Positions 30,873 to 41,690 of a stretch of DNA of 64,000 nucleotides are shown here, piece by piece. Below the pieces are notes generated by a model, which worked only from the letters and a program-made list of their open reading frames with translations, did not search any database and had not been told where the DNA came from. The number at the start of each line of letters is the position of its first letter. Within the stretch, counting starts at the first letter, position 1. The position numbers and the translations under genes are program-made. Origin of the DNA: a virus; IMG/VR virus record IMGVR_UViG_3300044615_000494; one strand, 5' to 3'.

Positions 30873-31856
30873 TCATATTTGCGTAACATTGAGGTCTAGG
30901 TAACTTCCATCACGTTGGCCTACTGGATAAACGCGCAAAACAGGATCTGGACTGCTTAGATAATTGCTTCCGTCACGCATATCTACTGTGATATAATACA
31001 CAGGAACTGTTTTCCAGCCCATTTCTTGTGTATTTTGATTGATGATTCCTAGAACTTGTTGACTTGTTCCAGCACTGCTTGGAGGTATGAATGATGCATT
31101 GCCGCCTACTTTTGCGAACTTCGTTATACCTACAACGTTAGTATCTTTATTAAATGTGAATGCTGACGAACCGCCAAAAGTACCATTATCATTGAACTGT
31201 ATCGCTGTATTAGGACCGTCTGCTACTGCTGCTTTTTCCCAAGAAAGATTCCCTGTACCGTCTGTAACTATGACAAAATGATTGCTACCGCCGTATATTT
31301 TGACGTTACTAATGTTGCCTAGATTACTGATACCATTGATAGTCATTCCCGTACCTGAGAATGTGGCTACGTTTGCGTTGCCCGCTACACTTATGTTAAC
31401 ATTACCGTTAGCGACTGGAATTCTTACATTACTAGTACCGTTAGCGAGAGAAGCAGTTACTATGTTTGCGGTTATGACATTAGCATTTATTAGATCCGCA
31501 GTTATATCATCAACGGTGATGTCATTTGCAGTTATATTATTGACGGATAAATTACCAGTGACTGATAGATTTGATCCTATAGATACATTTCCCGAAACAG
31601 TTAATGAAGTCAATGTACCAACACTAGTGATGTTAGGTTGTGCATTATTTCTAATAGTGTTTGCTACATTAGCAGTATGAAGAGAATTACCTGCTTCATC
31701 AAGTATGAAGTTGCCTAACTGGAAAAGATTCGCTTGTAATGTCTGCCCGTCAGGTGTGGCTAATGTGACTGTAGGATCTACTACCGGAATTATTAGATTA
31801 CCGGAAACGACCTCTACATCATTCAAACCTGTTATTTTAGTACCGCGAGTAGCCAT
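30873..31856 (-). CDS. Fibre-associated structural protein
   Basis: KIT.L N-terminus; [12 protein letters not shown] and GPNTAIQFND modules. Confidence 0.7.
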   Translation of the reverse strand: MATRGTKITGLNDVEVVSGNLIIPVVDPTVTLATPDGQTLQANLFQLGNFILDEAGNSLHTANVANTIRNNAQPNITSVGTLTSLTVSGNVSIGSNLSVTGNLSVNNITANDITVDDITADLINANVITANIVTASLANGTSNVRIPVANGNVNISVAGNANVATFSGTGMTINGISNLGNISNVKIYGGSNHFVIVTDGTGNLSWEKAAVADGPNTAIQFNDNGTFGGSSAFTFNKDTNVVGITKFAKVGGNASFIPPSSAGTSQQVLGIINQNTQEMGWKTVPVYYITVDMRDGSNYLSSPDPVLRVYPVGQRDGSYLDLNVTQI

Positions 31857-31918
31857 ATTTTTATCCTATATAATCTATTTATCCTTATACTAATCTCTCT
31901 ATACTGATGTTCCACATA

Positions 31919-34900
31919 TTACCAGCTAGTAGTGCCTGTAAACTTAGCCCAAGTGTTTGCTGATACACAAACATATAAGTTACCACCACTGTCATAAGCA
32001 GCTTCACCTGCAGTACCATTTGAGGTATTTGCAACAGGAGCAGTACTCCAAACTACAGTGTTTGCATTGATGACAGGTAATGCAACAAACGTTCCGTTAC
32101 CATTCAATACATTACTTACATTACCATCTAAGTTTGTTGCTACGATATTACCAAATGCACTTGAACCGTTAGCAAAGTTGATTGCTACTGTATTACCGGG
32201 TAGTGTTAAGTTACCACTTTGGTCAAATGTCCAATCAGAATAAGTTCCTGGTGTAACTGTAGGTACACTCAACGTCAAACCATTGCTGCCGTCGTCACCT
32301 ATAACAACATCATTTGGTAAGACTATATCGCCAGTATTTACAAACGACCAAGTCGCAGTAGTGTTACTACTATCGCTAACTATCGTCACATTACCATGAG
32401 CATATAGATTTGCGTTGGAATCGCCGATTAGACTTAATCCCGTGATATTTCCACTATCATTTGCTTCAAGTGTTATGCTTACGTTAGCAATAACGCTTGT
32501 GGTGTCTGGCAGAGTTAAGTTACCATCAATACCAAATTTCCATTGTGCTGTATTACCAGCATTGTCATCACTATTGATAACAATATTACCTGTATTTGCT
32601 AACTTAACAAAGAGGTTATCACTACCTAAAAACAACTCAGTTTGATACAAGTTGCCACTAGTCAAGTGAATATGATCGCCGTCACCCGCTGTAGGATAAA
32701 CTAACAATTTTTGATTAGTAATTGAACCACTACCGTGTGGGTTCAGTGTAATAGTATTACCGGGATTGCCACTTGGAGTAAATCCTTCACTGTAGATAGA
32801 ACCACCTGCCGGTAATGTTAAGTTGCCGTCTGTACCAAATACCCAACTACTTGTATTACCGGTGTTAGCAAGATTGGTAGTCAATGTCATATTAGCATCA
32901 GTTGCCATCTCGCCGGTATCAGCGTAAAAAACTATCTTGTCGCCACTGAACCCAGACAAGTTTAAGTAGTCTGCTTGTATAGCAAGATTAGCAGGACCTG
33001 CTAATGAAACATCTGTAGATTGTATAGTAGGAGTCGAGCCACCAAAGATATTTAAGTATGGATCAGTATTACCTGCTACGTCACGTGGGAAGTTCAAGTT
33101 ACCATTTTCGTCAAATGTCCAACGAAGGGCTATACCATCACTTTCTTTTGTGTTTTCAATGTAGACTTGAGGCTTATCTATTAGATTATCTTTGAACGAT
33201 ACGTTTAGACGAGAAATCGCAGTATTAGATCCTGTGATACTATCTTCTACATATAGATCCCATACACCTGCTGTTTGGTATTCTACTGTTTTGACATTGG
33301 CAAATGTTGTTGTAAATGTGAGTGTGTCAGAACTTATGTTGCCATCATTACCAAATGTCCAAGCCTTTCCGTTACTATGAATGACTGCTTGATTGTTTGC
33401 GCCTGATGTAATCTCAAACGCAGTATTTTCACCGCCTAAGAATATATTGGCTGCTGGATCATCAATGTTACTGAACGCATATGCACGTAAGTGAATATGA
33501 CCAGGAGCCGTTGGATCCAATACTAATACTTGACTGTTGTAGTTAGCATCTGGTGTCAATGTCATTGTGCTGACATTTGGAAGTGTTGGGTCTAAACTAC
33601 TGTTAGCAATACTGTAAATTACGCTATTACCGTTTGGTAATACTAAGTTACCGTTAGCAGTAAAGTTCCAAATATTAGCACTGGGTCCGACAGCACCGGT
33701 TAATACTACAACATCTCCTGCGCCACCGCTTGGACTGTTTATGTAGATTGCTGATAAAGCACTTGCGTTACTGATATCATCTATCCATTGTAGTACAGCA
33801 CTACCGTTACCTTGACTGACCACACCAAATGGTGTGTTACTTGCTAATATAGCATCAGCACCAAATATACTTCCTATTACTACGTTACCACTTGGCAATG
33901 TCAATAAGCCATCTGTTCCAAATGTCCAAGTACTTGTGCTATTCGCTGTGATAGTCACATTGCCATCAACAGTTGCGATATCAAAATTACTATTACCATT
34001 TGCTATCGGTAGTGATGCGATACCAGACGGACCTGTTGCACCTGTATCACCTTGTGGACCAGTAGCACCAGTCGCGCCATCACTTCCGTTAGTACCTGCT
34101 GGGCCAGTGGCACCTGTTGCTCCATCACTTCCGTTAGAGCCAGCTGGACCAGTAGCACCTACAGCGCCTACAGCACCTTCTTCTGCCATTACGCTCCAGC
34201 GAACTGGATCATCTGGTGGCGCACTACCTGAATTACCATCGCCTATCTTGATGTATGAACTACCGGCATATGATACAACATCTCGTCCGCCGACATATGT
34301 TGTTGGTATAGGTTGCCAAGCACCCTGCCATACGAAACCTGGACCTGATGCGCCTGTTGCTCCATCACTTCCATTAGTACCGGCTGAGCCTGTTGCGCCC
34401 GTAGCGCCATCAACACCTGCTGTGCCTGTAGCACCAGTGGCGCCATCACTTCCGTTACTACCTGCTGGACCTGTAGCACCTGTAGCGCCGAACCCACCTG
34501 CTGACACCCACGTGCCATCGCCGGCAAGAACACTACTCACATTACCATCAAGATTAATATTTGCTATATTACCAATAGTACCTATGTTACCATTTGTGAC
34601 TTCGATATTATCAACAACTAATGTATTTCCGTTCGCTGTGAGTACAGCATTGCCTAATGTAATTGTGTTACCTGTTAACTGATCAAACAGAGTGACAGGT
34701 GCTCTAGTCAACGTAAACAAGTATATAAAAACATTACTTCCCGGAGCACTATCTACTGGAATATTAAAGTCAACATAACCAGATACAGGAGTTGTTGTTG
34801 ATATTGTATTTGTAACTGTCAATACAGTATTTGCAGGTGCACCACCTGTCAATAATTTAAATGAATCGTTTATTTTTAAAGATTCAAATATAGGTATGAA

Positions 34901-35920
34901 CACAGAATTGTCATTTGTTCTTATATACAATTCACTTGCAGTTGTCCACTCTACGAATGATATCCCTCCGATTCCTTCGCCACCGTCAATTAGTTGAGAA
35001 GTAGATAATTGACCAGAGTCAGATACACTGAGTGCTATGTCACCTAAATGTATTGTACTGTTGGCTAACCAGATATCTTTCCAACGATTTGTAGTATTAC
35101 CTAGATCATATGTAACGTTACTGATTGGATTCAAATTCGATAACACGCTTGTACCAACGCTCAAATAATCCATGTCAACTCTAGTGACTGTCATTACTCC
35201 ATCAGCAGGATTGTATTGTAGATTATCGTCAGCATCATTATGTAATGTAGTGTCACCGGGATCAGTAGTTAATACAATGTGGTAACTATAATTGTTGTTG
35301 ACTGCTTCTACTTCAACATTAGTAGCAGTACCTATAAAGTAATTTGCTGTGATATTACCTGCATTGCTGATGTTGAATCCATTAGCATCTACATTGGCAG
35401 TAAATGTATTATTAAACGCACCGGTAGCACCAGTCTCACCGGTCGCTCCTGTAGCACCTATAGTTGATGCGGGACCAGGTGGTCCTATAGGACCTGTCGC
35501 GCCTTCAGGGCCTGTTGCACCAGTAGCACCGTCATTACCGATCACACCGGTAGCACCTACCTGATCTACCCATCCTAAACTGCCATTACCGAACGTAGCA
35601 AGAACTTGACCTGCTGTACCACCTAACATAACAAAGTTGTTGGGGTAACCTACGTTTGTAGTTCCTACAACCGTCAATCCTGTTAATGTACCTACAGTAG
35701 TGATATTTGGCTGTGATGCGTTGATTACATTATATGCAAGATTTGCTATATCTGCGCTAGCAAAAAGATTACCACTCTCTCCTAAAATAAAGTTAGCAAG
35801 AGTCGCCACTGTGACTTTATCTGTGATGAACGTTCCGTTAGTACTAACGATAGGCATCAAGGCTTGTGACGTTAAGTTGCCATTGATGTTTGGAAGTTGT
35901 GATATTTTTATATTTGCCAT
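31919..35920 (-). CDS. Long tail fibre with collagen-like tracts (1333 aa)
   Basis: MANIKISQLP N-terminus; GAT collagen tracts; repeated W.F...GNLTLP modules; C-terminal GEAAYD...LYVCV..NTW. Confidence 0.85.
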   Translation of the reverse strand: MANIKISQLPNINGNLTSQALMPIVSTNGTFITDKVTVATLANFILGESGNLFASADIANLAYNVINASQPNITTVGTLTGLTVVGTTNVGYPNNFVMLGGTAGQVLATFGNGSLGWVDQVGATGVIGNDGATGATGPEGATGPIGPPGPASTIGATGATGETGATGAFNNTFTANVDANGFNISNAGNITANYFIGTATNVEVEAVNNNYSYHIVLTTDPGDTTLHNDADDNLQYNPADGVMTVTRVDMDYLSVGTSVLSNLNPISNVTYDLGNTTNRWKDIWLANSTIHLGDIALSVSDSGQLSTSQLIDGGEGIGGISFVEWTTASELYIRTNDNSVFIPIFESLKINDSFKLLTGGAPANTVLTVTNTISTTTPVSGYVDFNIPVDSAPGSNVFIYLFTLTRAPVTLFDQLTGNTITLGNAVLTANGNTLVVDNIEVTNGNIGTIGNIANINLDGNVSSVLAGDGTWVSAGGFGATGATGPAGSNGSDGATGATGTAGVDGATGATGSAGTNGSDGATGASGPGFVWQGAWQPIPTTYVGGRDVVSYAGSSYIKIGDGNSGSAPPDDPVRWSVMAEEGAVGAVGATGPAGSNGSDGATGATGPAGTNGSDGATGATGPQGDTGATGPSGIASLPIANGNSNFDIATVDGNVTITANSTSTWTFGTDGLLTLPSGNVVIGSIFGADAILASNTPFGVVSQGNGSAVLQWIDDISNASALSAIYINSPSGGAGDVVVLTGAVGPSANIWNFTANGNLVLPNGNSVIYSIANSSLDPTLPNVSTMTLTPDANYNSQVLVLDPTAPGHIHLRAYAFSNIDDPAANIFLGGENTAFEITSGANNQAVIHSNGKAWTFGNDGNISSDTLTFTTTFANVKTVEYQTAGVWDLYVEDSITGSNTAISRLNVSFKDNLIDKPQVYIENTKESDGIALRWTFDENGNLNFPRDVAGNTDPYLNIFGGSTPTIQSTDVSLAGPANLAIQADYLNLSGFSGDKIVFYADTGEMATDANMTLTTNLANTGNTSSWVFGTDGNLTLPAGGSIYSEGFTPSGNPGNTITLNPHGSGSITNQKLLVYPTAGDGDHIHLTSGNLYQTELFLGSDNLFVKLANTGNIVINSDDNAGNTAQWKFGIDGNLTLPDTTSVIANVSITLEANDSGNITGLSLIGDSNANLYAHGNVTIVSDSSNTTATWSFVNTGDIVLPNDVVIGDDGSNGLTLSVPTVTPGTYSDWTFDQSGNLTLPGNTVAINFANGSSAFGNIVATNLDGNVSNVLNGNGTFVALPVINANTVVWSTAPVANTSNGTAGEAAYDSGGNLYVCVSANTWAKFTGTTSW

Positions 35921-35925
35921 CTAAG

Positions 35926-37539
35926 TTATCCTATACGCCAGTCAGTACCGTCACTATAAACCGGAACTCTGTTACTGCCGCCACCTTCTACTTGTGCGGC
36001 AAAATTAGTTGCTGCGGCTAAATTCGCATCTGTAATAAATGATCTAGCACCTGTACCTGCTGTTGCCGCCGCGGGCAAAGATGAAAATGTTATCGGCTTT
36101 GTTCTAATTATATTATTTGCTACTACATTATTTGATGTAATATCGCCGGTAACTGCTAATGCTGTTAGTGTACCGACTGAAGTGATATTTGGTTGTGCCG
36201 CAGTTGTTACTGTACCGGCAGTAGTTGCTGAACCTGATGTTGCTACACTTAAGTTTGCTACTTGGGTAGTTGATGTTACTACAAGAGGAGCAGTACCCGT
36301 TGCTACAGTTGAAATCAACTGACCAGTTACATTAGCATTGCCTGCTGTTATGTTACCGGTAACTGTTAATATATTTGTAGTTTTATTGAATGTTAAGTTA
36401 GCACTACCATTTGCGATTGATGAATCATTAAAGATAATCTGTGTATTAGTGCCTGCAACCGGACCAGTAGCACCAGTAGCACCTATGCCAGTAGCACCAG
36501 TAGCACCTATGCCAGTAGCACCAGTAGCACCTATGCCAGTAGCACCAGTAGCACCTATACCTGTAGCCCCTGTCGCACCTATACCTGTTGCACCAGTAGC
36601 ACCTATGCCAGTAGCACCTGTTGCACCAGTAGCACCTGGTACTGTTACTGCGCTTGCGAACACACCGTTGCCGAATAATACATTACTACCATTACCGTCT
36701 CTATTCAGTAACGCAACGTTACCTAATCCTGTGATGTTGGCTACAGGCAGATTAGTTAACCCGCTACCGTTACCTGAGAAAACACCACCGGCTGTAATAT
36801 TATTTGCTATAGATAAGTTTGCAGGAAGATTAACACCTATGACACCTGCCCCCACTACAGGACTTCCTGTTACTACTAATTGACTGCTTGATATACCTAC
36901 GCTAGTGACTCCGCCACCACCACCAGTTGAACTTATTGTTACTTGACCAGTGTTACCGGTTAACGTGATGCCCGATCCAGCATTTAATCTAGTCACGCCT
37001 GCGTTAGTGATAGTGATAGTGCCGGTGGTTGTGATAGGACCACCTGCAACGCTAATACCTTCACCCGGGCTTACAGCAACACTTGTTACAGTACCCACGC
37101 TATTAGCATTAGCAATATTAACTACTCTACCATAAGTATCAACAGTTACAGTGGGATATGTATAAACACCCGGGGTAACGTTCGCACTTGCTAATGATAA
37201 TGTAACGTTTCCGGCATAGCCGCCACCCGATAGTCCCGTACCAGCAATTACGCCTGTTATACCGCCGCCATTGCCGCCTCCGCCTGTATTGATAATCCTA
37301 ATAGCACCGTTAGCATTTTCTAGTGCTATACCCGTGCCTGCTAGTAGATTTGCTGAGACTACGGTATTGTTTACATTGTTTACGACTGTGATACCATCGC
37401 CTGCTACGACTTTGCTAGCATCAGCAAATATCCTGTCGAAATTAGTGTTTACTTTTGTAAATGCGGTGTATAGACTATCGCTACCTGTGCTTTCGTTAGG
37501 TAGGCCTATATTGATCTGTAAATTTCCTGAAATAGCCAT
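35926..37539 (-). CDS. Fibre protein with GATGATGI repeats
   Basis: INIG.PN..TG.DSL..AF.KVN.NF N-terminus (T4-like tail/baseplate motif); AG.GI repeats; C-terminal [12 protein letters not shown]. Confidence 0.8.
   Translation of the reverse strand: MAISGNLQINIGLPNESTGSDSLYTAFTKVNTNFDRIFADASKVVAGDGITVVNNVNNTVVSANLLAGTGIALENANGAIRIINTGGGGNGGGITGVIAGTGLSGGGYAGNVTLSLASANVTPGVYTYPTVTVDTYGRVVNIANANSVGTVTSVAVSPGEGISVAGGPITTTGTITITNAGVTRLNAGSGITLTGNTGQVTISSTGGGGGVTSVGISSSQLVVTGSPVVGAGVIGVNLPANLSIANNITAGGVFSGNGSGLTNLPVANITGLGNVALLNRDGNGSNVLFGNGVFASAVTVPGATGATGATGIGATGATGIGATGATGIGATGATGIGATGATGIGATGATGIGATGATGPVAGTNTQIIFNDSSIANGSANLTFNKTTNILTVTGNITAGNANVTGQLISTVATGTAPLVVTSTTQVANLSVATSGSATTAGTVTTAAQPNITSVGTLTALAVTGDITSNNVVANNIIRTKPITFSSLPAAATAGTGARSFITDANLAAATNFAAQVEGGGSNRVPVYSDGTDWRIG
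36463..36636 (-). repeat. 24-bp tandem repeat (six units) encoding GATGATGI
   Basis: ACCTATGCCAGTAGCACCAGTAGC perfect at 36481, 36505 and 36529; degenerate at 36553, 36577 and 36601. Confidence 0.9.
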
Positions 37540-37563
37540 AATTTAGTCCTGATACTGTATTTA

Positions 37564-37890
37564 TCAGTATGGACTAAATGAGCTTCCGCATCCGCAGGTT
37601 GTTTGTGCTTGTGGGTTACTAATACTAAATCTGCTGCCGTTTAAGTCTTCTTTATAGTCTACTACAGCATTTTCTAGATACTGCATCGAAATAACATCGA
37701 CCAGGACACTTGAGGATAATGCAGGAATTTCCCAATCGTCTTCTGCTTTTTCAGTAGTAATCTCAAAACCATATTGAAAACCCGAGCATCCGCCCCCTGT
37801 AACATACATTCTCACATGTGTGTTGGGGCTATTCTCTGCGGAGACTATCTCTGCTAGTTGTTTTTGAGCGGATTCTGTTATTGTGATCAT
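37564..37890 (-). CDS. erpA: A-type Fe-S carrier (ErpA/IscA/HesB)
   Basis: GGGCSGFQYGF and NPQAQTTCGCGSSF motifs; start MITITESA. Confidence 0.9.
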   Translation of the reverse strand: MITITESAQKQLAEIVSAENSPNTHVRMYVTGGGCSGFQYGFEITTEKAEDDWEIPALSSSVLVDVISMQYLENAVVDYKEDLNGSRFSISNPQAQTTCGCGSSFSPY

Positions 37891-38435
37891 TGTGTATTTA
37901 TTTGAACATCCCACAATTCTGTGAAAATACTCATAAAATAATCAAAACCTAGATTGGCCTCATCTGCTAGATCATTGCTTAGTTTATCATTAAACGCTTT
38001 AATCAATCCGGCTCTGTCAGTAAATTGATACATGTATCCGTTTCCAGGAACTACCCTAGCCATCAGTTTGCCACCGTATAAGTCACCCATATGTCTGACA
38101 TATACGTGAGCCATGAGTAATTTAGAGTTTTCCTTGCTTAGTTTATCTAGATGTGCTAGATATGCTATAGTGCTGGGCATCAAATCACGATCAACTATGA
38201 TACCTAATTCTTCCATATCTTTACAGATAGCATTATATCGGTCTAGATCAGGCATGCCCTCAGTAATACCATGCTCGTTGCTTAAATCTTCTATCTTTTT
38301 ATAAATGTGTTTGAGTTCATACAGATAATCTATATACATCACATCGTTAAACTTGCCCTCAAACATTGTTTGAATCAATGGTAGTTTTTCGATTTCCCTA
38401 TGTTTAGCCCAAGTAGCATCTTTTAAAATAGTCAT
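37887..38435 (-). CDS. Heme oxygenase
   Basis: LKDATWAKH (proximal His), AHVYVRHMGDLYGG distal-helix motif, EAN..F. Confidence 0.85.
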   Translation of the reverse strand: MTILKDATWAKHREIEKLPLIQTMFEGKFNDVMYIDYLYELKHIYKKIEDLSNEHGITEGMPDLDRYNAICKDMEELGIIVDRDLMPSTIAYLAHLDKLSKENSKLLMAHVYVRHMGDLYGGKLMARVVPGNGYMYQFTDRAGLIKAFNDKLSNDLADEANLGFDYFMSIFTELWDVQINTQ

Positions 38436-38461
38436 ATATTAACGCCTCATCAGTATTTAGT

Positions 38462-39409
38462 TCAAATTCCGGACTTAGGAATAGTTTTCGGGCGTGTTAA
38501 ACTATAATCTGCTATGTCTATATCTGCCCTATCACATAATTGTATTTTCATCTCAGTAGGCAAACTTAGCCACTCAGTGGTCCTCCTCTGCTTAGGTACT
38601 GATTTTGTATGCCCCGCATCCTCATCAGATATTTTAGGTATCTCAAATTCATTGGACCCTTCTTTGAAAATAATATCATTGGGTCTTATTATTTTTCCAG
38701 TGACAACATTACCAGTGTAACCATAGAACAATTGATTTCTAGATTGAATATATCCCATGTTCTGATGCGGATCCCAATTCATGAATTGAGGTATTATCGT
38801 GTCAGTATGATGAGGGTCAAAAAATCTTGTTCCATAAATGTCTGCTGCTAATTTCCCTGCGATCCAATTAAAATCGTTGACGAAATAATTTTCAGTTCTT
38901 GATGCTATATGTTGCCATTCACTTTTGTTGCCATAGTTCTGATTCAATATATCCATGTTACCCAATTCATCTAATTTTTTTGCAAAATCTTGCGGTTTGA
39001 TGTTTACGGTAGTGCGATATATTATGTCAGGTCTTATGAATGTGACCGTCTTGTACTCTATTTTATGGTCAATTTCATATCTTCTTTTTGCAGTAGACAT
39101 GATATGATCTAGATAGGCTAGTCTCCAATAATTTACAGCGTTTTGACTAAAAACAGTTGCGCCGTTGCGATCATTCATTACTGACATCGCATTGAATTTT
39201 TTATAAGTATCTTCATTCTCTATGTGTAACATTTTTACATTACACCCATTGAAATCTTCTTTTAATTGCTCAGGTGCTCTAGTATTAGACTTCCAGAAGC
39301 AGATATACCAATCTGGCATACCCCATGCTGAATTATGAAATTCAATGATATCTTTCTTTACAAAGTTCCAAGTTCTAAGAGAACCTCGTATGAATATTGC
39401 GTGTTTCAT
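38462..39409 (-). CDS. Hypothetical protein, possibly glycosyltransferase-like
   Basis: AIFIRGSLRT N-terminus and RPD motif, typical of proteins in glycan clusters. Confidence 0.4.
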   Translation of the reverse strand: MKHAIFIRGSLRTWNFVKKDIIEFHNSAWGMPDWYICFWKSNTRAPEQLKEDFNGCNVKMLHIENEDTYKKFNAMSVMNDRNGATVFSQNAVNYWRLAYLDHIMSTAKRRYEIDHKIEYKTVTFIRPDIIYRTTVNIKPQDFAKKLDELGNMDILNQNYGNKSEWQHIASRTENYFVNDFNWIAGKLAADIYGTRFFDPHHTDTIIPQFMNWDPHQNMGYIQSRNQLFYGYTGNVVTGKIIRPNDIIFKEGSNEFEIPKISDEDAGHTKSVPKQRRTTEWLSLPTEMKIQLCDRADIDIADYSLTRPKTIPKSGI

Positions 39410-39864
39410 TTTGGCAGTATGTAAAGTTTTAAATTAAGACGCATCGCCCACCATATGAATTTGCGTGTGTTATCCGTTCGAGGATAGATAGTTCGTTGCG
39501 GCAGAACATCTTTTAATTTAGATACAGATGCAGCCCACTTAATGATAGCTCGGGGGTTTCCGGCTATCCAGTTAACTGAATTCGAGTCTTTCACCAATAC
39601 TTCGTCACCGCGAAAGTCTTTGGTGTATCTGTATACATCAAGAAAATTTGAGTCTAATTTTTCCCATATGAGTACTACGCTATTGCAAGGAGTATCAGTC
39701 CATACTAACAATCTATCTATGAGTAGTCTTTCTAGTTCAAGTCCTAGTACCGTGATCCTGTCATATAGACTATCATATTGTTGCAGATCATGGTAAATGA
39801 TCTCTATATCATTTGCGTCACGTATGTGTTCTACTGTTTTTGGATCTGACGTTATACAAATCAT
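39406..39864 (-). CDS. Hypothetical protein
   Basis: Coupled ORF within the operon. Confidence 0.6.
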   Translation of the reverse strand: MICITSDPKTVEHIRDANDIEIIYHDLQQYDSLYDRITVLGLELERLLIDRLLVWTDTPCNSVVLIWEKLDSNFLDVYRYTKDFRGDEVLVKDSNSVNWIAGNPRAIIKWAASVSKLKDVLPQRTIYPRTDNTRKFIWWAMRLNLKLYILPK

Positions 39865-41243
39865 GAATTTTTCTCATAATTGTCTAAAAAATATTGAAGA
39901 TCACCGGGCGTTCCTAACCCCCACATCTTGTCTATGTGCTTGATCTTTATCTTTTTATTGTCTTGTATCGCTTCATTGAATACCGGACATACGTAAAATT
40001 CGTTGTTTGTTCTTATATTCTTTTCTATCATAGATGTAGCATATTTGACATAATCGCTTCCATGCTTCCAGTAATATACACCACATGTAGCATTTGAAGA
40101 TATTGGTTTCTTTTCTGCTACTTCGCACACTAGGCCGTCGTCACCTAATTTAGCAAAAGACCATTTAGGGTGAGTCGATTCAAATGTCAATATACCGCCG
40201 TCTATGCTGTCAGCAGAGAACGCATACATGCAATCATTAGCACTCCACTCTAAAAACTGATCTGCATTAGATATCAATAATGGATTAGAATTATTGATCA
40301 ACTCTTTAGCCATTAGTGTCGTACAAGCAGCACCTTCGGTGACACCGTCTATCTGTATGATATCGCATCCCGGACTTATTAGGCTTAACACTTGTTTCAG
40401 ATTGTATTTTTCATAGTGTTCTTTTTGAACGATGAAGATGTAGTGTGCTTCTATGTTTAAATTTTCGACAACTACTTGTATCATTGGTTTATTGTTGACT
40501 TCGATCAGTGGCTTGGGAAATATGTATCCTGCATCTGCAAATCTGCTACCTAATCCTGCCATAGGAACTAATACATTCAAGGTACTGTCGCGCCATGGCA
40601 CGCTATTGATAGATTGAGTCTTGTTGTCTATCTTTTGAACTTCATTTAATATCATATCTAGGTTTATTGATGTGCTATTTTCAACGGCTAACAGATTTGC
40701 CCCGCTGTTTAACGCAGCAGTCCTACCCACATGACTATCTTCTATTATCAATGTTTCAAGAGCCGTTGTATTTAACCTTTTCATACACTGCCAGAAGATT
40801 TCGGGATAAGGTTTAGGTCTGGATACGTCTTCGTTGCTTAAGAATACGTCAACATATTCAAGCACCCCTAATCTTAATAAAGATATCTTCACTGAATTTC
40901 TAATGCTATTGGAGCATACTCCTATCTGATATCCTTTAGACTTTAGAGTAGAGAATATGTTTATCAACCTATCATCTATAGTTAACATGTCAAGTACATC
41001 AATAGTCGCTTTTTGTTTTTCACGCCATATGAAGTCAAAATGCTTAGGATCTAGATTTTTTTCTTTGTTTAGTATCTGTAACTTCTTAGTAGTGCTTAGT
41101 CCATCATATTTTGCTAGATGTTCATTTTTAGATATAACTAAGGAGGGGTCTATCTTTTCGATAGCACTATTCAATGTATCGTAGTGCATCTCTCTGCTGT
41201 CTATCAATACACCATCTAAATCAAATATTATACATTTTATCAT
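39861..41243 (-). CDS. HAD phosphatase fused to nucleotidyltransferase
   Basis: IFDLDGVL, SN, KPYP and IEDS (HAD); VPMAGLGSRF...PKPLI, NADQ, WSF, AEK and LGTP (NTP transferase). Confidence 0.88.
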   Translation of the reverse strand: MIKCIIFDLDGVLIDSREMHYDTLNSAIEKIDPSLVISKNEHLAKYDGLSTTKKLQILNKEKNLDPKHFDFIWREKQKATIDVLDMLTIDDRLINIFSTLKSKGYQIGVCSNSIRNSVKISLLRLGVLEYVDVFLSNEDVSRPKPYPEIFWQCMKRLNTTALETLIIEDSHVGRTAALNSGANLLAVENSTSINLDMILNEVQKIDNKTQSINSVPWRDSTLNVLVPMAGLGSRFADAGYIFPKPLIEVNNKPMIQVVVENLNIEAHYIFIVQKEHYEKYNLKQVLSLISPGCDIIQIDGVTEGAACTTLMAKELINNSNPLLISNADQFLEWSANDCMYAFSADSIDGGILTFESTHPKWSFAKLGDDGLVCEVAEKKPISSNATCGVYYWKHGSDYVKYATSMIEKNIRTNNEFYVCPVFNEAIQDNKKIKIKHIDKMWGLGTPGDLQYFLDNYEKNS

Positions 41244-41680
41244 TTTATCAATGCCACATAGTCGCTGCATATTCCATAACAATTTGCATCTTTAGCATTT
41301 CGCAGTTCTCCGTCATGCCAATTTGGCATCACGCATATGCTATGATCAGTCAAACGATTGTTAGGGTATGTCCATATATATCCATGGCTGGTCAATGTGA
41401 AGTGATCTTCTTGATGCCAAAAATAGTTAAGTTCAGTTTTTGATAGTTGATATAATGCATCGATGTTCTTTGCATGTATCCAAAGACCGGGCTTTGAAAG
41501 AAATGATATATCTGTTTGATATAACGGCATGTCATGCCCTAGGTACCAGACATCGTTTATATACCATACGTCAACTTCAACATCAAAACCTTTGTGTAAT
41601 GCAATTGTTATTTGCATTTTAGAATTTTCTATATCAGGATTAGGGCCGTTAGTAAGACCTCTATGCGCTATTAATTTCAT
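41240..41680 (-). CDS. GDPD/PI-PLC-like phosphodiesterase
   Basis: IAHRG, EN, EVDVW, LGHD, WIHAKN and GICSD motifs. Confidence 0.75.
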   Translation of the reverse strand: MKLIAHRGLTNGPNPDIENSKMQITIALHKGFDVEVDVWYINDVWYLGHDMPLYQTDISFLSKPGLWIHAKNIDALYQLSKTELNYFWHQEDHFTLTSHGYIWTYPNNRLTDHSICVMPNWHDGELRNAKDANCYGICSDYVALIK

Positions 41681-41690
41681 GTTTCCTCAC

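Noticed and set aside
36463-36636. Tandem repeats as a CRISPR array
   Set aside because: There are no unique spacers, the repeats are in-frame coding, and no cas genes are in the window.
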